Positions 29,863-39,701 of a stretch of DNA of 64,000 nt are shown here, one piece after another. A model generated the notes under the pieces. It had not been told where the DNA came from and did not search any database. It saw nothing but the letters and a program-made list of their open reading frames with translations. The position numbers were made by a program, and so were the translations under genes. This stretch comes from Candidatus Aenigmatarchaeota archaeon (lineage in GTDB: Archaea > Aenigmatarchaeota > Aenigmatarchaeia > CG10238-14 > SCSR01): the NCBI GenBank assembly GCA_039091335.1, contig JAWCME010000001.1:10024-74023 (forward strand), written 5' to 3'. Numbering within the stretch: position 1 is the stretch's first letter; each line of letters opens with the position of its first letter.

Positions 29863-30894
29863 ATGATACTGATTGACGGGAAGGAAGCGGGGGGACAAGT
29901 TTTAAGAACTGCTGTTGGACTTTCTGCTATAACAAACAAGCCAATTAAAGTAATTAACATTCGTGGGGCAAGGGGTGATGGTGGACTCAAAACCCAACAT
30001 TTAGAAGGAATATTGGCAGTTGGTAATTTGTGCAATGCTAAAATAAAAGGGGCTGTTTTGGGATCAAAAGAGTTGGAGTTTATTCCTGGACGCATAGAGC
30101 CAAAACAATTAAATATAAAAATTTCTACCGCAGGTTCTATTGGGCTTCTTTTTCAATCGTTACAAACTATTTCTGGTTTTTGCGGTGAAGATATAAAAAT
30201 AAATGTGTATGGTGGATCAACATCATCTGCATGGAGTCCCACACTACATTATATTCAAAACGTATTCCTTCCAATTGCAAACAAAATGGGGTTTTCTGCT
30301 GAAATAAAAATAATAAAAGAGGGGTTTTATCCAAAGGGTGGGGCAGAAGTAAAAATGATTATTCATCCCATTAAAAAGTTAACTCCAATAAAATTGACTG
30401 AAAGAGGGAAGATTAAAAATATAAGAGGAATTTCAATAGTCGGTTCTTTACCAAAACATGTTGCTGAAAGACAAAATGAGTATGCAATAAAGGTTTTAAA
30501 GGAACACGGTTTTGATAATATAAATATATCGTATCAATTAGTTAGTACACTCTCTCCAGGAACTTCTATTACAATTTGGGCTGAATGTGAAAATTCCATA
30601 ATTGGAGCAGACAACATAGGAAGAAGGGGGGTAAGGGCCGAGAAAATAGGGGAAGAATGTGCAAAAGAATTAATTGCATCCTTAGAATCAAAAGCTGCTT
30701 TAGACAAATATATGGCAGACCAGATTTTGGTATTTTTATCTCTAGCAGACGGAGAGTCTGAAATAAGGGTTGAAGAAATAACAGAGCATGTTAGAACAAA
30801 CATTAAAGTAATTGAGCAAATTGTTGGAGTAAGATTTTATGTTGATGAAGATGAAAAAACAATTAGGGTCATAGGAATAGGTTTGATGGGATAA
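29863..30894 (+). CDS. rtcA: RNA 3'-terminal phosphate cyclase
   Basis: GGQVLRTA, QHL, TAGSIGL, GFYPKGG, YMADQI, catalytic EHVRTN. Confidence 0.93.
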   Translation: MILIDGKEAGGQVLRTAVGLSAITNKPIKVINIRGARGDGGLKTQHLEGILAVGNLCNAKIKGAVLGSKELEFIPGRIEPKQLNIKISTAGSIGLLFQSLQTISGFCGEDIKINVYGGSTSSAWSPTLHYIQNVFLPIANKMGFSAEIKIIKEGFYPKGGAEVKMIIHPIKKLTPIKLTERGKIKNIRGISIVGSLPKHVAERQNEYAIKVLKEHGFDNINISYQLVSTLSPGTSITIWAECENSIIGADNIGRRGVRAEKIGEECAKELIASLESKAALDKYMADQILVFLSLADGESEIRVEEITEHVRTNIKVIEQIVGVRFYVDEDEKTIRVIGIGLMG

Positions 30895-30908
30895 AAAAAA
30901 GGGAAAAT

Positions 30909-31214
30909 CTAAATTTTTTCAACCTTTTCTTTTCTTAATATTATCTTTGCCATCAAGAAGACGACAAAAGCTATTATTACAAAGTTTATAAGGGATGAAA
31001 GAAAAGCTCCAGCCCTTATTACTATTGGTCCTATGTTTAATGTCGCTGCTTTCCAATCTTCTCCTGGTAGTAATGGGGTTATAAGTGGCATTATTATATC
31101 GTTAACAAGCGACTGAATTAATGCTGTTATTGCAACACCCATAATAAATGCTATTGCTAAAGGCAAAACTTTATATTCTCTCAAGAAATCCATAAATTCT
31201 CTCAACAACCCCAT
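30909..31214 (-). CDS. mscL: large-conductance mechanosensitive channel
   Basis: EFMDFL, LAIAFIMG, SLVNDIIMP, GAFLSSLINFVIIAFVVF. Confidence 0.92.
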   Translation of the reverse strand: MGLLREFMDFLREYKVLPLAIAFIMGVAITALIQSLVNDIIMPLITPLLPGEDWKAATLNIGPIVIRAGAFLSSLINFVIIAFVVFLMAKIILRKEKVEKI

Positions 31215-31399
31215 TTTATCACTGTATTATTTTTAAAAAATAAGTTTAAATAATTTAATCTAAAAAAATTAAACTCTACTAATAAACGAAAAGTTTTTAA
31301 ATCCTTGAAACTAAGAAATAAAATACGCTTTTATGTTTGGTTAATTATCTATGGAATTTAGTTAATTAGTTAGCTCTGGAGGTAAACAAAAAATGTCGT

Positions 31400-31957
31400 G
31401 TGATGAAAATGAAGAAAGAGCTGCTAGTGGTAATGCTAGCCAGCATACTCTCATCAATTGGAGCAGGAATATTTGGTCCTGTTTACTTATTATACTATCA
31501 AAAGATTGGGGGGTATTCGGAAATTTCAATGGCTTTCGGGATATTTTGGATTGCTTTGGCCTTGATGGAAATACCTTTTGGCTATCTTTCTGACAGATTT
31601 GATAGAAAAATTTTCATAATTATTGGTGGTATTTTAACTTCTTTTGTATCTTTGTTTTACATTTTTATTAAAACGGTATTTGAGCTCTACCTTTTAGAAT
31701 TTTTAAGCGGAGTAGCTACGTCTATACAAAAACCTTCACTTCAATCCCTAATCTCAGAAATGGCTTCAAAAAAAGAAAGAGGGAAAATTTTTGGTTTATT
31801 CAGTTCTACTGTGAACCTTTCTTATGGCGTTGCTTCTCTGCTTTCTGGAATTCTAATAGGAATTTTTGGAATTAGCTCAATTTTTATTGTTTCTTCGCTT
31901 TTCCAACTCACTTCTACACTCATCGCTTTTAAAATTAGAAAATATGCTTTTGAATAG
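31400..31957 (+). CDS. half-size MFS transporter-like protein (about 6 TM)
   Basis: MFS motif A GYLSDRFDRK, ERGKIFG; only 185 aa. Confidence 0.8.
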   Translation: MMKMKKELLVVMLASILSSIGAGIFGPVYLLYYQKIGGYSEISMAFGIFWIALALMEIPFGYLSDRFDRKIFIIIGGILTSFVSLFYIFIKTVFELYLLEFLSGVATSIQKPSLQSLISEMASKKERGKIFGLFSSTVNLSYGVASLLSGILIGIFGISSIFIVSSLFQLTSTLIAFKIRKYAFE

Positions 31958-32000
31958 AATTAAAGATTAGAAATTTAAACGTAAGCTATAATCTAAAAAT

Positions 32001-32294
32001 ATGGAACATGAGATAAAAGAGATAAGAAAATTTGGGGAAGGATTATTTTTAGAAGATGGTTCTTTCGTGCCTTATGGAAAAATATCATTGCGCTATGAAA
32101 AATACTGTCTTGGGGAATATGATGTTAGTAGTGTCGCTGAAAATCTTAATCTTTTTTTAGAAGAAGCAAAAAAATTAATAAATTCTAGAAGAGAAAGTTA
32201 TGTTTTTCTATCCTCCCAGGGCTGCATCCCATTCTATTTGGTTCCGTTGAGAGAGGAGTTAATTTCCCTAGCGAACAAACACTTTAAAAAATAA
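32001..32294 (+). CDS. hypothetical protein
   Basis: 97-aa ATG ORF, no overlap, no motif. Confidence 0.55.
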   Translation: MEHEIKEIRKFGEGLFLEDGSFVPYGKISLRYEKYCLGEYDVSSVAENLNLFLEEAKKLINSRRESYVFLSSQGCIPFYLVPLREELISLANKHFKK

Positions 32295-32335
32295 AATTTT
32301 TATTTCAGTGTTCTTTAAAAAATAATTTAGATAGC

Positions 32336-32437
32336 GTGGAAGAAATAAAAGCAAGAATTTGCCCATACTGTAAGAAGAATGTTTACATATACTATGATAA
32401 GCATATATTAGTATGCAAATTCAAAAACAGAAGTTAA
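32336..32437 (+). CDS. possible 33-aa C2HC zinc-finger microprotein
   Basis: GTG-EEIKARICPYCKKNVYIYYDKHILVCKFKNRS*. Confidence 0.4.
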   Translation: MEEIKARICPYCKKNVYIYYDKHILVCKFKNRS

Positions 32438-32444
32438 TTAAAAA

Positions 32445-33800
32445 TTATTTCAACATCTTTAAATCTTCTAAAATCTGGGCTGCCCTTTTTGTATCAAGGA
32501 ATAGATTTTTAACCTTTTCTATGTCCTCAATTTCTATCTTAGACTTTCTTCCTTCAGCTACTATCTTAGCAGGGGCCAAAAGTTGGATAACATACCTTAA
32601 AGATGTTTTTTCTCCAAGCTCAGCCAAATAGTCTAGCACATTAGTGTCCAATTCAATTTTTTCCTCCTTTGCCCTAATTTTCAGAATTTCCTTTATTTCT
32701 TCCTTCGTATATGGTTTGGTTGTAATTATGAGTACCCTATCTAAAAGATCGAGCGGAAGGCCAAAATAAGATTTTATATCAGTTCCTCTAATTGTTGTAA
32801 TGCCCCTGTTTGTTGCTAAAATTAAAATAGGTGCTAACTCAGACTCTATAGCGCGATTTAAGAATGATATTGATTCTATGTCTAGCATCGAACATTCGTC
32901 AACAAAAAGTATTCCTGGTAGCAATTCGCATTTGCCTTCCTGAACAAGTGTTTTTATATATTCATCAACCTCTTTTCTTACTTCTGGCTCTATTTCTTTG
33001 CTTTCCTTACCTCCAAAAAATAAGCTGAATATATCTCCACCTTGTCTGCTATTTGCAACATCAAGAGTGTGAAGAGTTACAGGATAAACAAACTCCTTTT
33101 CTTTGAAAACCCTTCCTCTCGGAACTTCTAATAGTTGGGTTGATGCCAGATCGAGCTTTTTCTCTTCTGCACTTTCCTTGCTCTTCCCAAGCTTAACTAT
33201 TCTCCCCCCATCAACATCAATTTGAACTATGTCTCCTGTTTCTATTCCTTGTTGAATTAATTGAATTGCAAAGCTTTGATCCATTGTTAATTTTTTGCTT
33301 TCATCTTTTGTAGCGATTTTTATGGTTGCGCCAACAGGAATTTTTTGATATGGGTTGTATGGATGTTGAGAAGTTTCTATGTTTATTTCTTTTATCTCTC
33401 CCTCATATATTTTCCTCATTTCATGAATCCTTGCGCCTATCGCCTTTCTTAGAGTTTGTGTTAAGAATTCTGTTTTTTTCATTTCTATTGAAAATATTTC
33501 GCTTGCGGTTAGGTTAACAAATGGTACATCTTTTCCCAATTCTTTTGCTATTGCAATGCCAATGGCACTTTTCCCGCTTCCGGGTGGGCCTGCTAATAAT
33601 ACCGCTCTTCCAGCAAACTTACCCTCTTTTATCAGCTTTACAACCAGCCCAGCCGCTTCCCTTGCTTCTATTTGCCCAACCATTCCTTGTGCTACTGGTT
33701 TTGCTTTATGCCCGTCTAAACCAAGTCCTTGAATGTGAGAATGTGCAGCTATCCTTTCCCATTCTTGAAGAGATTCGGGAATTTCGGCTATTTCAGCCAT
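32445..33800 (-). CDS. tip49: TIP49/RuvB-like AAA+ ATPase
   Basis: AHSHIQGLGLD, MVGQIEAREAAG, GPPGSGKS, FVDECSMLD, ATNRG, DLLDR. Confidence 0.95.
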   Translation of the reverse strand: MAEIAEIPESLQEWERIAAHSHIQGLGLDGHKAKPVAQGMVGQIEAREAAGLVVKLIKEGKFAGRAVLLAGPPGSGKSAIGIAIAKELGKDVPFVNLTASEIFSIEMKKTEFLTQTLRKAIGARIHEMRKIYEGEIKEINIETSQHPYNPYQKIPVGATIKIATKDESKKLTMDQSFAIQLIQQGIETGDIVQIDVDGGRIVKLGKSKESAEEKKLDLASTQLLEVPRGRVFKEKEFVYPVTLHTLDVANSRQGGDIFSLFFGGKESKEIEPEVRKEVDEYIKTLVQEGKCELLPGILFVDECSMLDIESISFLNRAIESELAPILILATNRGITTIRGTDIKSYFGLPLDLLDRVLIITTKPYTKEEIKEILKIRAKEEKIELDTNVLDYLAELGEKTSLRYVIQLLAPAKIVAEGRKSKIEIEDIEKVKNLFLDTKRAAQILEDLKMLK

Positions 33801-33805
33801 TTCCC

Positions 33806-34417
33806 TCACCTCTCAATCTCTATTTTTAGAATATTATTCTTAAATTCTTTACTCACAGAGGCATTTGGTGGAATTGGAATTAATTTAAAATAAGCTTTGT
33901 CGTCAACAAATGCTTTAACTTCAATGCTCTGTTCAAGTCTTTTGACTTCTAAGTTTTCTGGTTTTACATCTGGCAGCTTGATTTTAATTATTTGTTTTCT
34001 TCCTATATTTTCAATCTTCGTTTCTGGTTCTTCTGTTATTTTTGGTACTCTTATTTTTTCTTCCTTTTCTCCAATCTCTTCTATTGCTGGTTTAATTCCC
34101 AACCTTCTTTTTATTTCTGGCTCAACTTTTTTGTATTCTCCTGTTGTTTTTATCTCAACCTTTGGTTCCCTCCCTCCCATAGAATGGATTGTTATACTTA
34201 TACCAGAAGAAGGAAACCCCCTTCTTCTAGGTAGTTTAAAAAGACTAGAAGCAAAAAATTTATCTATGTTTCTCATTTCTTTTTCTATTTCCTCTGATAG
34301 GTCAAATATGTCTCTTTCTTCTGCCAATTCCTCTCCACAAGACGGGCAGAACCGCCAATTCGACTTTACTTTTTCCCCGCAATTTGGACATCTTTTTTTT
34401 TCGAACATTTTTGTCAT
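33806..34417 (-). CDS. Zn-ribbon plus C-terminal Hsp20/CS-like domain protein
   Basis: CPNCG..WRFCPSCG; C-terminal TEEP..IKLPDV..KAYFKLIPIP..NNILKIEI. Confidence 0.75.
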   Translation of the reverse strand: MTKMFEKKRCPNCGEKVKSNWRFCPSCGEELAEERDIFDLSEEIEKEMRNIDKFFASSLFKLPRRRGFPSSGISITIHSMGGREPKVEIKTTGEYKKVEPEIKRRLGIKPAIEEIGEKEEKIRVPKITEEPETKIENIGRKQIIKIKLPDVKPENLEVKRLEQSIEVKAFVDDKAYFKLIPIPPNASVSKEFKNNILKIEIER

Positions 34418-34421
34418 TATT

Positions 34422-34871
34422 TTATTCTACTTTTATTTCTTTTATTTTCTTTGATGTCTTTAACTTCTTGGCTCTTATCTCCAGCACACCATTTTCGTAG
34501 CTTGCCTTTGCTGTGTCAGGATTAACTTCTGTGGGTAAGCTAAAATACCTTCTCATAGCCCCTGCTCTTCTTTCGGCCTTAAAGAATGTTTCTGTTTTTT
34601 CTCTTTTCTCTTCTTTTTTTTGCGCTGTTATTTCCATGCTATTTTCTGTAACATTAACTTTTATTTCACCCCTTTCAAATCCTGGCAAATCTGCCCTTAC
34701 TATCACTTCATCTTCTGTTTCACTTATATCAACAGGAAAATATCTCCACCTTATTGGCTCTATTACTTCTTCACTTATTGGCTCCCAGACTCCCCTCCAC
34801 ATTCCTCTCATTAGCCTGTGAATTCTCCTATGTAATTTTTCAATTTCATCAAATGGATCCTCCCATATCAT
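34422..34871 (-). CDS. hsp20: small heat-shock protein Hsp20
   Basis: WEDPFDE, PVDISET, ADLPG, LPTEV, ASYENGVLEI. Confidence 0.95.
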   Translation of the reverse strand: MIWEDPFDEIEKLHRRIHRLMRGMWRGVWEPISEEVIEPIRWRYFPVDISETEDEVIVRADLPGFERGEIKVNVTENSMEITAQKKEEKREKTETFFKAERRAGAMRRYFSLPTEVNPDTAKASYENGVLEIRAKKLKTSKKIKEIKVE

Positions 34872-34880
34872 TCTCTCACC

Positions 34881-34930
34881 ATTTAGTGTTTAAATAAACT
34901 AAATATTTATTCTTATTTAAATAGTTTTCT
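34881..34930 (-). promoter_or_regulatory. hsp20-operon promoter (BRE-like AGAAAAC + TATTTAAATA) with an inverted repeat near the predicted start site
   Basis: Minus strand agaaaac-tatttaaata (34930-34914); ATTTAGT-N10-ACTAAAT at 34881-34904; GGTGA SD follows. Confidence 0.5.
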
Positions 34931-34992
34931 GTTGTTGGTTATTTGAGAAGAAATTTAAAATTAATTTATTTTTTAGTATAAGATAATTAAAT

Positions 34993-35151
34993 ATGGTAAG
35001 TTTTGTTTTTATGATTTTTGGGATATTGGATCTAGTTGCGGGACTGTTTCTTTTTTTTAGCCCCACATTTCTTCCGGAAATATCAAAATTTTTTGCTTTA
35101 GCACTTATAGGAAAAGGTATATGGACTATAATTACAAGTTTTGCTTCCTAG
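34993..35151 (+). CDS. small 2-TM membrane protein (52 aa)
   Basis: MVSFVFMIFGILDLVAGLFL...LIGKGIWTIITSFAS*. Confidence 0.6.
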   Translation: MVSFVFMIFGILDLVAGLFLFFSPTFLPEISKFFALALIGKGIWTIITSFAS

Positions 35152-35402
35152 TATGAAACCAGCCTAATTATTTCTTCGAGCAAAAAGTGGCAATTGAGCG
35201 GAGAGTATTTTGCGTTTCTCACTTCTTCCTTTACTTCTTTTAAACAATTTTCTGCTTGCCTGTTGTAGGGAAATGTAGAAAGTGAAATTGAAAAAACCCT
35301 TCTCCTTAGCGTATCGTTTTTCTTGCTATCAAATCCTCCATATACCAATCTTAAACATTCATCGCTTATCCTTTTAATATTTTCTATACTGTACTCAGAC
35401 AT
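35148..35402 (-). CDS. hypothetical protein
   Basis: 84-aa ATG ORF downstream of S27e. Confidence 0.5.
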   Translation of the reverse strand: MSEYSIENIKRISDECLRLVYGGFDSKKNDTLRRRVFSISLSTFPYNRQAENCLKEVKEEVRNAKYSPLNCHFLLEEIIRLVSY

Positions 35403-35435
35403 ATAATTAAGAAATTTTATATTAAATTTAAATTC

Positions 35436-35624
35436 TTAACTTAAAACCTGAAGGATTTTACATTTTACAGAAGCCTCTCCACCACTAGGTTTTAAAAGAA
35501 CTTCTCCACAAACCAAACATTTAACAGTTGTTGATGCCTTGCTAAAAACTATCTGCTCATTTTTACACTTTTTACAAGCAACCTTGAGAAACCTAGAGTT
35601 TGGCGCTGAAATTACTGTTTTCAT
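35436..35624 (-). CDS. rps27e: 30S ribosomal protein S27e
   Basis: PNSRFLKVACKKCKNEQIVF, CLVCG, PSGG. Confidence 0.96.
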   Translation of the reverse strand: MKTVISAPNSRFLKVACKKCKNEQIVFSKASTTVKCLVCGEVLLKPSGGEASVKCKILQVLS

Positions 35625-35660
35625 TTTATTCAATTTATTTGCAAAATTTAAATTTTTTAT

Positions 35661-35942
35661 CTAAACTTTTTTTATTTCAAATTTTTTTGCTCTCCATCCC
35701 CTTCCTCTTGTATGTTTTTTTCCACACTTCAAACACTTAAATCTCAAATCAACTCTCTTTACTGCCTTCTCATAATCAGGCTTACTTTTTGGAAATGAAG
35801 TATAGCCCTTTAGTTTTCTCAAAAATCTTCTTTGTCCAACTGCTAAGCTTCTCCTCTGTCTTTTTTTTCCAATTTCAACCTCATGTAACTGATGTGACTT
35901 GCAATACGGACAATAGACATTTATTTTTTTGGGAAATTTCAT
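35661..35942 (-). CDS. rpl44e: 50S ribosomal protein L44e (eL42)
   Basis: [31 protein letters not shown]. Confidence 0.96.
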   Translation of the reverse strand: MKFPKKINVYCPYCKSHQLHEVEIGKKRQRRSLAVGQRRFLRKLKGYTSFPKSKPDYEKAVKRVDLRFKCLKCGKKHTRGRGWRAKKFEIKKV

Positions 35943-36475
35943 CTACTCACCTTTAACTCCTCAACTATTCCTTTTTCAATCAAAACTTTAACATTTTCCT
36001 CCGGAAGTTTAACTATATCCCCCTTTTTAAATGGGCCATATGTTTTTTCATCTATTCCGATGAATTCCGGGAAGTCCTCTTTAAAGACGACTAACCCTAT
36101 GGTTTCTTCTTCTAAAGATAGAATTGAAGTTAAACATTTATTTCTTCTCTCTTTTATTAAATTAACTAAACTTTCAAAGAATTTTCTCTCCTCTTCAGTC
36201 AAATTTTCTGGTGGAATGTTTGTTCTTGCTGCTATCAGGGCAGAATTTAATATTTTCCTTTCTCTTCTATTAAAAATATCTTCTACAAGCCTCTCAACAC
36301 TTTTTATTTCTAACGCAATTTTTCTGTCTTCCATAGTTTCTGTTATCTTTTTTTTCTGCTGAATGTAAGAACTAACCCTTTTATAGAAATCTTCTGGTAG
36401 CTTTGTAAGTTTTGAAGAGCTTTGTTCTTCAATCTGAACCTTTCTTATGAACTCGAATGTTATGGTTTCTTCCAT
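35939..36475 (-). CDS. gins: GINS subunit (Gins51 type)
   Basis: [42 protein letters not shown]; sits between primase and L44e. Confidence 0.88.
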   Translation of the reverse strand: MEETITFEFIRKVQIEEQSSSKLTKLPEDFYKRVSSYIQQKKKITETMEDRKIALEIKSVERLVEDIFNRRERKILNSALIAARTNIPPENLTEEERKFFESLVNLIKERRNKCLTSILSLEEETIGLVVFKEDFPEFIGIDEKTYGPFKKGDIVKLPEENVKVLIEKGIVEELKVSR

Positions 36476-36515
36476 TTTCTCACTATATATAGGTAGTGAA
36501 GGTTTATTTAAGGAA

Positions 36516-37790
36516 TTATTTTTTCTTTTTTAACTTTTTGAATGGATAGTTAATTGGGTTTTTTATACCAACACATATTTCGTCTGGATTGCAAACTCCA
36601 ATGCTCTTATAAAACAAATCATTATCACAATTTGGTGGCAGTAAGTTTCTACTCTGCCTAAAATGCCATCTTAACTGTGTCCTTAGATAGTTTGCTCTTA
36701 ACGGAGGATAGTTTTTTTCATTCCACTCAAAAATTTTCTTTTCCATTTTTTCCAAATCCCAGCCCATGTTCCTTAAGAAATTAATCAATACAAAAACGCT
36801 TCTTTTTCTTCCATCTTGAAGTCCCTTTAAAATCAAAGAAACACAAGGCGGAAAAAGATTTTCGGATATCTCTCTCATCTTTATTGTTTTTTTCGGTTTT
36901 GTTATTTCTTCTTTCAATTCAACCTTTTGCTTTAAGGCCCAATCTAGAGCCTCTATTATTAAAGCCTCTGCATCGTGCAACTTAACCTTTTGTATCAAAA
37001 ACTTCTCTTCGACCTTAACCTTTTCTGGTAATGCATCTTCTTTCTCAAACCTATCTATTCTTTCAGGTTTTATTGGAAGGCTAACGAGTAAAGTAGTTTC
37101 ATGCAAAGAATACGGCAATCGAAATAGGTGTCTTGAACCAAAAACATCTATATTTACTATTTTAAATGGTTCTATTCCTTCCTCTCCAGCTATTTTGTTA
37201 AGCGGCTTCTTAATCCTTCTAGCTATATTTATAGGATTATCTAGCATGAGCATTTCTTCTTTAAGTGGCTCTTTGATATACCATTTTATATACTCTATAA
37301 TTTTTTGTAGTAAATGCGGATAAAGTGTTTGAAATGGCTGCATGTTTATTTTTTCAGGGATTGATTCTGAACAAATTCCAATGTGAAAAGATTTCCCACC
37401 AGTAAACTTACATGAATAATTCACAACACCATGGTCCTTTAATCCTTCTATTATTTGTTTAGTAACTATTTTTGCAATCTCAAAATCTGAAACATCGATG
37501 TCTATGAATATGTCCCAACCTATTCTTAAACTGTCCAGCTCTTCTTTTACCATGCCAACATCAAGTTTCATGGGCTGAGCCCATCTTTCAACACTTCCGT
37601 GAAATGCAACAACACCCTCAGAAACAGCCTGTAGTATGTCTTGTGAATACTGTATTATATCTGGGCGTCTTCCAAACCTTCCGTCCTTGTAAACAGAGAC
37701 AACCTCCCTATTTTTTCCCACCTCTAATAAAGCCTTTTGTACACTTTCTCTAGAATACCAATTCAAAATTTTTTTATATGTTTCCGACAT
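36516..37790 (-). CDS. priSL: fused DNA primase (PriS catalytic domain + PriL C-terminal Fe-S domain)
   Basis: GWDIFIDID, KFTGGKSFH, RHLFRLPYSLHE; then FPPCV..GLQDGRKR..PPNC..C..C..KNP. Confidence 0.88.
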   Translation of the reverse strand: MSETYKKILNWYSRESVQKALLEVGKNREVVSVYKDGRFGRRPDIIQYSQDILQAVSEGVVAFHGSVERWAQPMKLDVGMVKEELDSLRIGWDIFIDIDVSDFEIAKIVTKQIIEGLKDHGVVNYSCKFTGGKSFHIGICSESIPEKINMQPFQTLYPHLLQKIIEYIKWYIKEPLKEEMLMLDNPINIARRIKKPLNKIAGEEGIEPFKIVNIDVFGSRHLFRLPYSLHETTLLVSLPIKPERIDRFEKEDALPEKVKVEEKFLIQKVKLHDAEALIIEALDWALKQKVELKEEITKPKKTIKMREISENLFPPCVSLILKGLQDGRKRSVFVLINFLRNMGWDLEKMEKKIFEWNEKNYPPLRANYLRTQLRWHFRQSRNLLPPNCDNDLFYKSIGVCNPDEICVGIKNPINYPFKKLKKKK

Positions 37791-37886
37791 GTTATAACCA
37801 CTTAAACATTTTATTGATTGTTTAAAAGATTTAATAAGTTATTACACTCAACTAACTTTAAAAATTAAAAAAATAAAATTAATTTA

Positions 37887-38492
37887 ATGATGGATATTGT
37901 TAATTCTATTTCATCTTTTTTGATAGAAATTTTTCCAAAACTTTTGGCTGCAGTTGCTTTTCTTTTGCTTGGATGGTTGCTTGGGATTGTAATCGGAAGG
38001 GTTATAAAGGAATTAATGATAAAACTCAAAATAGACCAAAGGATATTTAGAGAAAAAAGAGTTGGATTCAAACCAAGTAATTTTTTCCCCACGCTTTTTA
38101 GTTGGACTGTTTACCTCCTTTTCATATGGGTGGCTGTTGATATACTTGGAATTCAAGTATTGAGAGAAGCTATGCAAACAATAGTAATGGAATTTCTGCC
38201 TGGTATGATAAAAGCGGTTATTATAGTAGTAGTTGGTTATATAGTTGGTGAATATATAAAGAGACAGGTTGAGTTGACAAAAGTGGAGTATTCAAAAATG
38301 CTTGGAAACATTGTTTTTTGGCTAATAATCTATATCTCGGTTGCAACAGCACTGCCATTGATAGGAATAAATCCAACACTTCTAAATAACATATTGTTGA
38401 TAATAGGCATAGCGATAGCTATTGGGCTTGGACTGAAAGATGTTGTGAGAGAAATTTCAAAAAAATATATAGAGAAAAGTAAAAAAGGTTAA
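37887..38492 (+). CDS. membrane protein with MscS-associated conserved TM-helix repeats
   Basis: Two repeats (FPKLLAAVAFLLLGW / FLPGMIKAVIIVVVGY), AIGLGLKD. Confidence 0.7.
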   Translation: MMDIVNSISSFLIEIFPKLLAAVAFLLLGWLLGIVIGRVIKELMIKLKIDQRIFREKRVGFKPSNFFPTLFSWTVYLLFIWVAVDILGIQVLREAMQTIVMEFLPGMIKAVIIVVVGYIVGEYIKRQVELTKVEYSKMLGNIVFWLIIYISVATALPLIGINPTLLNNILLIIGIAIAIGLGLKDVVREISKKYIEKSKKG

Positions 38493-39439
38493 AAATCTGT
38501 AATTTGTTTTTGCTCATTTTTTTGAAGAGCCGTTGCTTTAATTCCAAGTCTTCTTTCTATTTCCATTGCGAGCTCTTTTGCAAAGCCATGAACGCAACAT
38601 ACTCTTTCCGGCCCAACCTTTTCAACAAATTTTAAAAGTTGATTAAAGTCGCAATGGTCTGACATAGGAAACCCTTTAACACCAAAATCTCTTATAACAC
38701 TCCATCCTGTAACTATGCATTTTCTAGTTCTACTTTTTTTTGTCAAAACTGCAACATGCATCGGAACAACAAAAAAATCTGTTTTTTGCTCCTCAAAAAA
38801 TTCTAGGTTTGAACCAAAACTATTGTAAATTTCGCAATATTTTCTTATACTACTTGAAACACTGGGAACAATTCCCTCCTTATTTAATAGTTTCACCACT
38901 TCTTGAGATTTTCCAACAGTATATCCCCCTATCATCACAGAAAGACCTGCATCATTCTGTTCCAAAACCCAATCAATAATACTTTTTCTCACCTCTTTTA
39001 TCGAAGGAAAAACAAAGGTTGGCAAGCCATAAGTTGATTCTAATATTAAGGTATCCGCTCTTTTAATTTCAATTTTCTTTCCTGTAAGACCCTTTGAAAT
39101 CTTGAAATCTCCAGTATATAAAATTGAATTACTTTCCGTCTCTATAAGGGTTTGAGTCGATCCAAGGATATGCCCAGAGCTTATTAACCTTACAGAAAAC
39201 CCATCAAACTCTATCTTTTCATTTTCCCTAACTATGTTTGCCTCAAATTCAGGGTTTCTTATTTTTATAAGTTCATATGTTTCTTGAGTGCAGTATGGTT
39301 TTTTTATTATTACCTGGGGGGAATGGTCTGAATGAGCATGTGAAATAAAAGAAATAAAATCAGATATTTTTGGGTCCAAAAGTATTGTTTGATTTCCAAT
39401 TTTTATTCCTATTCCATTTCCGAGAGAAAAAACAACCAT
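38489..39439 (-). CDS. MBL-fold beta-CASP nuclease with C-terminal PIP-box-like motif
   Basis: SHAHSDH, GHILGS, YTGDF, ESTYG, SDHCDF, VHG; ends QKQITDF. Confidence 0.85.
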   Translation of the reverse strand: MVVFSLGNGIGIKIGNQTILLDPKISDFISFISHAHSDHSPQVIIKKPYCTQETYELIKIRNPEFEANIVRENEKIEFDGFSVRLISSGHILGSTQTLIETESNSILYTGDFKISKGLTGKKIEIKRADTLILESTYGLPTFVFPSIKEVRKSIIDWVLEQNDAGLSVMIGGYTVGKSQEVVKLLNKEGIVPSVSSSIRKYCEIYNSFGSNLEFFEEQKTDFFVVPMHVAVLTKKSRTRKCIVTGWSVIRDFGVKGFPMSDHCDFNQLLKFVEKVGPERVCCVHGFAKELAMEIERRLGIKATALQKNEQKQITDF

Positions 39440-39448
39440 ATTAATTAT

Positions 39449-39697
39449 TTATTTTTTCATCTTCTTTATTTCTGACCTTAGACTTGGTACTTTAATCCAT
39501 AGATTACAATTACTACACTTAAAACCGAATGGTTTTTTCCATGTTTCAAATTTTTTCTCTGAATAACTACACTCTGGGCAGGTGTATTCTACCATCGCCC
39601 TTGTTTCTCCCTTCAAAACAACAACTCTTACCCTTCCTTTGTTTTCACCAGAAGAGTTTTGTAGAATTCTTGTAGTAATATATTGAATGTTAGACAT
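39449..39697 (-). CDS. small Zn-ribbon protein
   Basis: YTCPEC...FKCSNC; directly follows L40e. Confidence 0.7.
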   Translation of the reverse strand: MSNIQYITTRILQNSSGENKGRVRVVVLKGETRAMVEYTCPECSYSEKKFETWKKPFGFKCSNCNLWIKVPSLRSEIKKMKK

Positions 39698-39701
39698 TTC
39701 A

